DNA of 64,000 nt, from positions 20,138,754 through 20,202,753 of the forward strand of contig OZ316896.1 in assembly GCA_973895155.1 (NCBI GenBank), read 5' to 3'. Source of the stretch: Marsupella aquatica (Eukaryota; Plantae; Marchantiophyta). This document shows positions 54,805 through 64,000 of this stretch, piece after piece (the stretch's first letter is position 1; every line of letters starts with the position of its first letter). The notes under the pieces were generated by a model. That model ran no database searches and was not told where the DNA came from. It worked only from the letters and a program-made list of their open reading frames with translations. The position numbers were made by a program, and so were the translations under genes.

Positions 54805-54935
54805 TTAGTCTCTCGGTCTCGTTCGCTCCTCTCGTTCTCTCGTTTTCTCGTTCTCTCTCTCTCTCTGTGTTTCTGAGTCTGAAAACTTACTCTCTCGCTC
54901 GCTCTTTGTCTCGCTCTTTGTTTGCTCTTTGTCTC
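54805..54935 (+). promoter_or_regulatory. CT-rich (Y-patch/GAGA-like) probable TSS region of SIN3, followed by a ~0.9-kb purine-rich leader
   Basis: Dense CTCT/TCGC tracts lie within a CpG-rich island upstream of the ATG at 55862. The TSS position is inferred. Confidence 0.45.
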
Positions 54936-55861
54936 GCGATCGTCTCATCTCATCGTCGCTCTTCTCACCTCTTGGGTGTCGTCTGGCAGCAGTCGAGTCG
55001 AGTCGAGAGTCGAGCGAGGAGTGGAGGAGTACGAGTGATTGAGCGATTGCGCGAGTGAGGGAGTTGAGCACGCAGCGAGAGAGACGCCGAACGCGAGGCG
55101 TGGCGTGGCGTGAGAGTTTTGGAGAGTTTAATCGTATGATGATGGTGGCGGAGAGAGGGGTGATGGATCATGGAAAAGGGAGGAAGCAGCGGCGGAATGG
55201 AGGAGTAGTGACGGAAGGAGAGGAGGGGGCCAATGTCGTGGAAAACAAGGTGTGTACCAGATCGAATACCGAAGACGAAGTGCGGGGAAGAATAGCAAAT
55301 CTGCTGCGGAGGAGTGAATCGCGATGACGAGCGAGGGACGAGAGTAGTGGTTTTTTCTTTTGTAGCGCGGGGGCGGGGTGAATGATTATTGAATGAATGA
55401 GCGGTGCTGCTGCTGGAGAGGACGGGCTGTAGCGGAACATACGGGAGCGCCGTGTGCTGTTGTTTTTGTAGTCGTGCGAGAGAGTTTACGAGGAGGAGAG
55501 TGGCACGGGAGTTTAAGCGGAGACGGGAGGTCGAGGCGGAGGTGGAGGAGGAGTTTTGAAGAGGATGAAGAGGGAGGGGAATGGGAATTTTGGGGCAAAA
55601 AGCTCGTGGTATGAGAGGAGGCGCAGGGCGCCGTAGTTGGTGGTGGGAGTGCAATCCAATGTCGAGGAAAATAAAGTTGGTGATGAGTGAGAGATGACGT
55701 GAAAGTGCCGAGACGGATGAGTGTAGGCAATCTGCAATAATCGTGAAGAAGAGGAAGAGGAAACTCAGGAAGTTGAGGACGAGGCGGCGTGGGTTTTAGT
55801 GTCGTCTGTCGTCTGTCGACTGTAGACGAGACGAGGGAGGGAGGTACAGAGTCGGAAAAGG

Positions 55862-58800
55862 ATGAAGCGGTCGAGGGAGAATGGAATTCCAGGGCCACTG
55901 GTGAAACGACCCGCCGGTTATAATCGAGCGGAGATGGCGATGTCTGAGCCTGGTGCTGCTCCGCCATCGTCCGTGTCTACTGCTGCTGGTGGCGGTGGAG
56001 GAGCAGCGCCGCGGCTCACAACGGATGACGCCCTAGCGTATCTGAAGGCGGTGAAGGATATGTTCAAGGACGACAAAGATAAGTATGATGAATTTTTGGA
56101 GGTCATGAAGGACTTCAAGGCTCAGAGAATTGACACTGCCGGGGTGATAACGAGAGTGAAGGAATTGTTCAGAGGCCACCGGGCGCTCATTCTTGGTTTC
56201 AATGCATTTCTGCCCAAGGGCTACGAAATCACTCTCCCAGCCAAAGAGGAGCAACTTACGAAGAAGCAGCCGGTCGAATTCGACCAGGCTATCAACTATG
56301 TCAACAAGATCAAGACGCGCTTTCACAACGACGAGCATGTCTACAAGGCGTTTCTCGAGATCCTGAATATGTATCGCAAGGGGAATAAATCAATCCAGGA
56401 AGTGTATCAAGAGGTTGCGCAACTCTTCACTCAGCATGCCGATCTGGTGGAAGAGTTCACTTACTTTCTTCCAGATTCCACTGGTCCCGTGTCTACAATT
56501 ACGACCGTCAAGCCGGGGCCTGCAAACCATGCTTCGCGATCAGAGGAGAAGACGACGGGCATGTGCCAGGTTCGGGGGCAGTCACAGCAAACGGGAGAGA
56601 AAATAGTGAAGCGGGAGAAAACCTCTTCGTATGCTGAGCGTGATCGAGCTCCGGACAGGGTTGGCGATGGGACAACTCAGGACAGGATGCCTCCGTCCAA
56701 GCTCGAGAAGGATCAGCGGAAGAGGATGGAGAAAGAGAAGGAGAAGAAGGACGACTCCGAGCGCAGGGAGAGGGGGGATAAGTCATCTGCGAAAGATGTT
56801 GCAGATGAAGGCAAGGAAAAGGATCTTGATGCTTCGCAGAGGTTGCCGCACAAGCGCAAGTCTGCTCGGCGAGCCGACGAGCTGATCCGAAAGCAATCCC
56901 AGGCGGGGGAAGGTGGAGAAGCATTGCAAGGACAGTTGGCGTCTCCTCTCCTGGAGGATGACAAGAAATTGTCCAAGAGTTCGAGTCTGCAGAAGGAGCA
57001 GCAAGCTTTCTTCGACAAAGTGAAGGGAAGGCTTCGTCACCATGGTCTCTATCAGGAGTTTCTCAAGTGCCTCAACATCTTCAGCCAAGAGATCATCAGC
57101 CGCTCCGAGCTGCAAGGCCTCGTTGCCGATATCTTGGGAAAACATTCTGATCTCATTGACGGGTTCAACGATTTTCTGTCCCGTCGCGAAAACCTTGAGG
57201 GTTACTTCGCAGGCGTTTTCAGCAGCAAAAAGCTCGATTATGGAGTGGGAGAGGGCACAACCACAATGGTGAGGCCTAAGGTGGAGAAAGAAAAAGAACG
57301 TGAACGGGAGCAGAAAGACTGGGAACTGGAGTCCCACATGGAGCAGGATCAGCAGGAACAACGGGAACGGGAGAGAGATAGCCGCGTGGGTTTTGCGGCC
57401 CAGAAGGAAGTTCCAAGTCAGAAGGCGTCATCACTTCTCAACAAAGAGAAGTATTCAAATAAGCCGATCTCGGAGCTTGATCTTTCGAATTGGGAGCGCT
57501 GTACACCTAGCTACCGGCTTCTCCCGAAGAGCTACCCGAAGCCATTGTCCACCCACCGTACAGAGTTGGCTCGTGGAGTCCTTAATGACAGCTGGGTGTC
57601 TGTCACATCTGGAAGTGAGGACTATTCTTTCAAGCACATGCGCAAAAATCAATATGAGGAGAGCCTCTTCCGCTGTGAAGATGATCGGTTTGAGCTTGAT
57701 ATGTTAGTGGAATCGGCTGCTGTCACAGCTCGAAGGGTGAATGAATTGGTGGAGTACATCCAGGACCCGAGTGTCAAGCAGCAGATGTCTACATTTGTCT
57801 TGGATGATCATCTGTCTGCTATCAATTTGAGATGCATTGAGCGCATCTATGGGGATCATGGGTTGGATGTTATTGACTTGCTACGGAAAAATGCACCAAT
57901 TGCACTTCCCGTGGTACTCACTCGTTTGTGGCAGAAGCACGAGGAATGGTCTCGGTGTCGGATTGAGATGAACAAGGTGTGGAAAGAGGTTTACTCCAAA
58001 AATTATCATAAGTCCTTGGATCATCGTAGCTTCTATTTCAAGCAGCAAGACAAGAAGAGCTTGAGCACGAAGAGCTTGATTGCAGAGATAAAGGAGATTG
58101 GTGAGAAGAAAAGGAGGGAGGGTAGCACTGCGGCTGCTTTTGCTGCTGGCCATCGCCGGTCGTTCGTTCCGGAGTTGAAATTTGAGTACTCTGATCCCTC
58201 TGTGCATGAGGATGTCTATCAGATCATCAAGTATTCATTAGAGGAGGTTTGCAGCACTGCAGAGAACTCTGAGAAGATCACGAGAATCTGGAGTAAGTTT
58301 TTTGAGCCAATGTTTGGTGTGCCAGCCCGCCCTCAAGGTGTTGAGGATAGAGAGGAGGCAGCGAAAACTGTGCGTTCGGAGAGGAAGGGAGGCTCATTAA
58401 ACGGTGGTGACGTGTCTGGCAGTCTCGGGGATGCGCATGAAATTGACAACAGGGTGCAGCAGACATGCTCTGGTGAGAATGCAAAATTAGACTTGGGTGG
58501 TGTGGTTCAAGCAGCTTCGATGAATGCAGAACCATTGGAGCCAGGGCCAGATTCTGAGAGTCCTGGGGTGGGTTCAAAAGACTTGAAAATTGGCACTGAC
58601 GAGTATTCCCGCCAGGACGTTGGGAAGAATGAAAGCCAAGGACCAAAGCAGGCAGTAGTGAGAAAGGTTGATAGTTCCGAGATTCTTCCCAAAGGTGCCC
58701 AGGAAGGTGAGAAGAATATTGACGGAAGCTTTCCCCCAGCTGGATTAAAGTACACAGAGGGACTGGCATACAGTCAACCATGCACATCCTCTAAAGAAGC

Positions 58801-60451
58801 TATAACTTCAAGTACCCCGTTCATGTCATCAGCTGCAAAGCATGTGGGTTTGGATGCAGATGGAATTTCAGACCCAAGTTCGGACAGGAGGCTTGCAGGA
58901 GGAGAGGGTCTTGACCACATGTCGGCAGAGAAGGATGGAGATGCGAGACCCAGTCACCGGCATCGCTCTGAGGGGTTAGCAAGTAGGAGTATGGGAGAGA
59001 TCAACGCAGAAAACTCAACAAAGACAGACAGGGAAGAAGGTGAAATGTCACCTTCACCGGATCTTGAGGACAGAAACGATTCGAAATATGGTCACGGCCA
59101 TAATGTCACAAACAAATACAAAGTTCGAGATGGTATGGAAACTCTGAGGAGTCAGTCCTCTGGTCAGCACGAAGACTCTGAAGGTAATGGTGATCGAGAC
59201 GGAGATGCTGACGATGAAGAGGAAAGTGCAAGTGAGAACATGTCAGAAGATGGTGATGTCTCTGATAATGACTCCGGGGATGCAGATGATGCCTCACGTG
59301 ATGAGCACGATGACGAAGAAGAAGATGAGGAAGCTGGGCAGGAAGGGAAGGCAGAGAGTGAGGGTGAGGCTGACGGCGATGGAGATCAAGACCATGTCGA
59401 ACGAGATCGGTTGTCCTCGGCACCGTCTTCTGATCTCTCATTCACGTCATGCAAACCCCTGGCTGCATATTGGGGTTCCGCTGATCTGCCTGCTCTAACG
59501 CTCAACAGTTCCAGTGTTGTCTATGGTAACGACAGTTTCTATGTCATTTTCAGGCTACACCAAACGTTATATGAACGAATCTTGAGTGCTAAGAAGAATG
59601 CAATTGCTGCTGAGGCGAAGTGGAGATCAACTAAGGATACAGCGCCTCCAAATCTCTATGCCAAGTTCATGAGAGTTTTGTATAGTCTACTGGATGGGTC
59701 TACAGACAATGCCAAGTTTGAGGACGAGTGCCGTACCATTATTGGGACACAATCATACATTCTGTTTACCCTGGACAAACTGATCTTCAAGCTGGTGAAA
59801 CAGCTTCAGGCAGCAGTCTCTGATGACACGCTGAACAAGCTTCTTAACTTGCATGCGTACGAAAAGTCTCGTGGCCCGGGGCGATTTATTGATCTTGTGT
59901 ATTTTGCAAATGCTGCAGTTCTCCTTCATGACGATAATATTTACCGATTTGAGCATAGATTTAATTCCAGTGCTTGTGTTATACAGTTGATGGAAGGTGG
60001 CAATGATAAGCACGAGATACCTGCAAATGCATTGGAGTTTGCATTCTCGTCTTATCTTAACAATTTTCTAAAATCCATACCGGATGAGAAAGACTGTCAC
60101 AGGGTGTTTCTCGCTAGAAACAAACGGAAACTTGCAGACCAAGAAGATGATTTTGCATTGCAAAATGGGGTGGCGAATATGGAAGTTGTAAATGGCCTGG
60201 AGTACAAAATTTCCTGCAATACCTCGAAGGTATCTTACGTCCTCGACACCGAGGACTTTTTCCATCGACCGAAGCGTCTGCGTAGACCTGATGGAGCATG
60301 CAGCCACTACAAGGATTCTGAAAATGGCATTGCCATACAACCTCATCGGAACGGAGGAAGCCGCGAGCAGCGATTCCGCAGTTGGTTCGATGAAACCTCA
60401 AGGTCTCTACAAGAGACCAATTCATCATTCAGCAAGGTCCGGAGCAAATAA
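55862..60451 (+). CDS. SIN3: SIN3-like paired amphipathic helix corepressor (SNL), 1529 aa, single exon
   Basis: One continuous ORF. MKRSRE start; PAH1 (DALAYLKAVKDMF...LILGFNAFLP), PAH2 (FDQAINYVNKIKTRF), PAH3 (YQEFLKCLNIFSQEII); HDAC-interaction domain (CTPSYRLLPK...KNQYEESLFRCEDDRFELDML); Sin3 C-terminal domain (FEDECRTIIGTQSYILFTLDKLI, VSYVLDTEDF). Confidence 0.97.
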   Translation: MKRSRENGIPGPLVKRPAGYNRAEMAMSEPGAAPPSSVSTAAGGGGGAAPRLTTDDALAYLKAVKDMFKDDKDKYDEFLEVMKDFKAQRIDTAGVITRVKELFRGHRALILGFNAFLPKGYEITLPAKEEQLTKKQPVEFDQAINYVNKIKTRFHNDEHVYKAFLEILNMYRKGNKSIQEVYQEVAQLFTQHADLVEEFTYFLPDSTGPVSTITTVKPGPANHASRSEEKTTGMCQVRGQSQQTGEKIVKREKTSSYAERDRAPDRVGDGTTQDRMPPSKLEKDQRKRMEKEKEKKDDSERRERGDKSSAKDVADEGKEKDLDASQRLPHKRKSARRADELIRKQSQAGEGGEALQGQLASPLLEDDKKLSKSSSLQKEQQAFFDKVKGRLRHHGLYQEFLKCLNIFSQEIISRSELQGLVADILGKHSDLIDGFNDFLSRRENLEGYFAGVFSSKKLDYGVGEGTTTMVRPKVEKEKEREREQKDWELESHMEQDQQEQRERERDSRVGFAAQKEVPSQKASSLLNKEKYSNKPISELDLSNWERCTPSYRLLPKSYPKPLSTHRTELARGVLNDSWVSVTSGSEDYSFKHMRKNQYEESLFRCEDDRFELDMLVESAAVTARRVNELVEYIQDPSVKQQMSTFVLDDHLSAINLRCIERIYGDHGLDVIDLLRKNAPIALPVVLTRLWQKHEEWSRCRIEMNKVWKEVYSKNYHKSLDHRSFYFKQQDKKSLSTKSLIAEIKEIGEKKRREGSTAAAFAAGHRRSFVPELKFEYSDPSVHEDVYQIIKYSLEEVCSTAENSEKITRIWSKFFEPMFGVPARPQGVEDREEAAKTVRSERKGGSLNGGDVSGSLGDAHEIDNRVQQTCSGENAKLDLGGVVQAASMNAEPLEPGPDSESPGVGSKDLKIGTDEYSRQDVGKNESQGPKQAVVRKVDSSEILPKGAQEGEKNIDGSFPPAGLKYTEGLAYSQPCTSSKEAITSSTPFMSSAAKHVGLDADGISDPSSDRRLAGGEGLDHMSAEKDGDARPSHRHRSEGLASRSMGEINAENSTKTDREEGEMSPSPDLEDRNDSKYGHGHNVTNKYKVRDGMETLRSQSSGQHEDSEGNGDRDGDADDEEESASENMSEDGDVSDNDSGDADDASRDEHDDEEEDEEAGQEGKAESEGEADGDGDQDHVERDRLSSAPSSDLSFTSCKPLAAYWGSADLPALTLNSSSVVYGNDSFYVIFRLHQTLYERILSAKKNAIAAEAKWRSTKDTAPPNLYAKFMRVLYSLLDGSTDNAKFEDECRTIIGTQSYILFTLDKLIFKLVKQLQAAVSDDTLNKLLNLHAYEKSRGPGRFIDLVYFANAAVLLHDDNIYRFEHRFNSSACVIQLMEGGNDKHEIPANALEFAFSSYLNNFLKSIPDEKDCHRVFLARNKRKLADQEDDFALQNGVANMEVVNGLEYKISCNTSKVSYVLDTEDFFHRPKRLRRPDGACSHYKDSENGIAIQPHRNGGSREQRFRSWFDETSRSLQETNSSFSKVRSK

Positions 60452-62785
60452 GCAGCTCTAGCCCTGGCCCTCATTAGTAATCTAAAGATTGTGGGCAGAA
60501 AGTTTGTTTCCTGTTTACTGGCCACCTTAGACCATATTAGTGGCGAAGTGTTTAGTTTTAGCTGAAGAGTCCTACAGGTAGGCTGCTTTACGACCTTCCA
60601 TCACATTTCAAAATTGGTTGTTTCGAGAGATAAAAAAATAAAAATGGTTCCACTTGGTCTAGCATCCTAGAGGAACATGGTTGCATTGCAACAAAATGAA
60701 GTTTGAAGGATTCGCAGTCCTTCATATGCAGGCTGCGGAGCCGGAAAATGGCCAGAAAGTTTGAACAGCTTCTGTTATGCGGGGCAGGTTGGTCGTCTTC
60801 TAGGTGGAAGGGGAGCTATCGTTCCATACTGAAATACAATTGTTGATGGTATAAAGCGCATGGTTCCTTCCAGCAGTCGACGACGGACCTGCGACAGGCT
60901 GAAATTAGATGTTGGGGCTTAGGGTTTAGAGTGAGCTCTGTTTCGGAAACCAAGTTGAGGTCAAGCCTCTGTAGGTTTCCCCCCCACCACCATTCTCTCT
61001 GCCCCTCGTTCCTGTCTACCTGTTGCTGCTTCCCCTATCATCGCTGCATTTATCTGTTGAATGGGGCTTTATTAGATTGTTACTTGACCATCTCTTGATG
61101 GTGCTGTGCATTCGGAATGGAGAAGTTAATCAGGAACAGCAGGCTGTGGCCGGCATCTCAGGTGGACCATCATCTATCTTTGCTTTAGGTACGTCTAGTC
61201 TGTGACTCCCTGAAATCTCCTAAGGTTCACAGCTTTGTGGCTCGGCTGATGTGAAATATATCGAGTTCACAAATTTATCCTTCGAATTTGGATAATAGGA
61301 GTGACTTTCTGGCTAGTTTTTTCAAAATTTGTTAGGCTTTAAGAGTGGAGGAATGGCTCTCATTCTTAATGAGTCGAGCATTGAAGCTCGTGTGATGAAG
61401 GAAATTTACATGAATATGGATCACGGAAGTGAAATAATTACCTGAACACAAAGAAACTCGTCAAGTCTTGGGTTCCGATCTTGTTTTTGATGGGAACTCT
61501 CAATTCTAATTAGTATTTCAGTTATAGAATATACCTGACCTAAGTTTTGGTTTGTCGTAACTGATGTGTATTGTGGCGAGTGACTGTACGAGAATGGACA
61601 ATGGGACTAGAGGGTAAGAGAAAAATCATTCTATACCTAGCAAATTTGGACGTTTATGTCTGGAAATTGGATACTCTTGAGAGGATCTTTGTCATTGCTG
61701 CAAATGAGCTTCATCTGGAGGTTGTGTGAGCCCAATCATAATATCTATCTGCTCTAGCGCTTGTAAGAACTCCGAGGGCTACAACGATTCAAGTGCTTTT
61801 ACTTTAATGGTTTTCTGAACTGCATGGCACTGCGAGCGATGTAGCTGATTGGGGGACTGCTTAAATGCCTGCGGTGGGCTGGAGGACAGAATTCAACTAC
61901 GGTAGGGCAGAAAATGAATCTGGGATTAGGGCAACTTTGTAGGCGATAAGAAGGATTGTCATGAATGATGTTTTTGGTTAATAAGGTGAGAACATGAACG
62001 AGTTCCGAATGGCAACCTGTGAAATCTTGGCCAGTATTGCCTGTCTATCTTAGTCTTGAATGCCCCGTCCTGTCATTGATGTTCTAGGAGCAATTCATTT
62101 TGCAAAGGGTGTTAAATTTATCTTCGTAACTAAGGTGTCGAAATCAGGATAAGGTGATGATTGTAAATGTAGTCAAGGATCTACAGAAAGGAAACTAAGA
62201 ACCTTGGGGGACCATTTAATTCCACCTTAAGCCCTAGTCCTCAGGATATTCCCCAATGCTCTAAGGTCAGAACCTAGGGGAATACCTAAACCCGAAGGCT
62301 GTGAGGGCATCATTTGGGGGTTTTAACACTTCTTGCTGGTTCACATTCAGGAATATTAGTGTCTGCATGACTATAGCTGTTCAGTAACTGGATTGGGATA
62401 CTGGAGGCCACTACAAAATGTACTAGAAATGACAGGAAGAGCCTGAGAAATTCCTTAGTTGTCTACAGCAGAGTAGAAAGGGGCTTCGGAGTTTCAGCGT
62501 TCTGGACAGGGTTGGCGGAAGTGGGCTCAAGCATTAGAGCCTCGGGTGATTCTCTGTCGTTTCCTGTTGAAATTTGGCAAGCTTCTGGCAATGATAACGA
62601 GTCCAACAAGAACTACTCCAATTTCTACAGGTCAGTCATATTCTCCTGACCAAGAACAAACGAATCAGTGTATGCTGCCAAACAAGGGCTGTAAATGTGT
62701 GCCTTGAGTCAATTAAACCCTAAAGTGGACAAAGAGCTACAGTAGTTTACCTGAACACTTTCTACTTGAAGTTAATGAACTACTA

Positions 62786-62968
62786 AATATAAATCTAGTT
62801 ACTTTTCCTAATTATCTGGTCAATTCACAAATAAAAGGAGAAAATTTCTCTATTTTTATAATATCTATTGTAGCAGCCGAAGCAACCATGGGTTTAGCCA
62901 TTGTTTTAGCTATTTATTGTAATAGGAAATCAACTCGCATTGATCAATTTGATTTGCTAAAATGATAA
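62786..62968 (+). pseudogene. ndhE: Plastid-derived (NUPT) 3' fragment of ndhE
   Basis: AT-rich island translating [59 protein letters not shown], which matches the C-terminal half of plastid NdhE. The N-terminus is absent and the terminal Trp codon appears as TGA. Confidence 0.9.
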
Positions 62969-64000
62969 TGATTTCATTACAATTAATATCCGTGCATCTT
63001 TACCTGTGATCACTAATCCATTGGGACCTCAATAGATAGGAAGTCCTGCTGGAGGCACAGATCAGGCATATCTTGAGTAAGCGGATGTTCAATAGAAGAC
63101 TGGAAGTCTTAACTACATAGGACCAGTAAATGAGCACCGCCCCAAAGGCATCACTGCATTTAGAGGCAAGATTGGAAGCTGAGGTTGAGGATGGACAGTT
63201 ATATAGAGGCGTAGATTTTACAATGGTTGTCCGCTTGGAGTCGGCAGTACCAGGAAGAATGAAATGAGCGACTGAGATCATTCTGCATTCTGCAGTAATC
63301 TTCTGCCATGAATGATACTACAGAGGCTGAATATTGTTAGAAGTTTTGCATGGACAGTTCATCTTTGTGTTGCGTCTGTTTGAACGAAGAAAGAAGAATT
63401 TTAACCACTTCAGTTTTGAAATAGACAACAGGAAACTATAAACAATTTGAAACCGACAACCAGAAATTGAAAAACCATTAGGGTCTGTCAAAGTTCTCTT
63501 GTAACACTTTGGTTATGGTTTAATTTTTGTTGGATCGTACCACCCTTATGGGGTAGGTATTTTGGTAACCCATAACTATTCTGTCCTTGCCGTAAGTGTG
63601 TTTTATGTCCTGAGCCGTCACTCACGTACAACTATGCTGTTGACATGCCCTATTGGAGCTGTAAGGCATGATGCATACGATCCTGCATCTGGCTCTTTGT
63701 CAGACTCCACGGCCAAGTGTTTGAAGGTTGCAAAGCGCCCTGCTTCAAATAGTATGTAAAATTTACACCCGTGGAGAAATAATGAGGGAAAAAAGAAAGA
63801 ACCCCTTGGATAACCAGTAAACCAATCCCTATTTTACCCCATTTTGAAAAGCTTAGACAATATCACAGAAGATCTCCCCACGGTTCTGTTTTTGTTTGTT
63901 GGTTTGGCAAAAAAGGCAAAGAGCCCAATGAATGAAAAGGAGGAAAACCTTTCTGAATATGAAGTCCAACCCAGCAGAGGAGGATAGGAGAAGGAAAGCC

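Noticed and set aside
54965-55967. 229-aa and 193-aa minus-strand ORFs upstream of SIN3
   Set aside because: Pro/Ser/Leu-rich translations of the complement of a GA-rich leader, with no recognisable domain.

Overview
Eukaryotic nuclear DNA from a land plant. A bryophyte, probably a liverwort, is inferred from the bryophyte-type plastid fragments and the gene architecture. Four complete protein-coding genes can be assembled by hand from GT-AG splice sites: a 7-exon, ~3200-aa TNO1/golgin-like tail-anchored coiled-coil protein (+, 7561-18969); EF1A (-, 25986-27551); phytoene synthase (+, 41202-43691); and an intron-free SIN3-like corepressor (+, 55862-60451). The spacers are dominated by decayed transposon DNA: three short solo LTRs with target-site duplications (TSDs), a 5'-truncated L1 LINE, a tail-only retro-insertion, a probable large solo LTR hosting nested insertions, and tandem arrays. 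Two plastid-derived inserts (NUPTs) are present: a trnL-UAA 3' exon with the trnL-trnF spacer promoter, and the 3' part of ndhE. No prokaryotic-type system (CRISPR, operon, phage) is visible. The most notable patterns are the intronless SIN3, CpG-retention gradients in repeat arrays abutting two promoters, the nested insertion cluster, and a 77-bp duplication across the PSY stop codon. All identifications come from recognising motifs; no database search was run.
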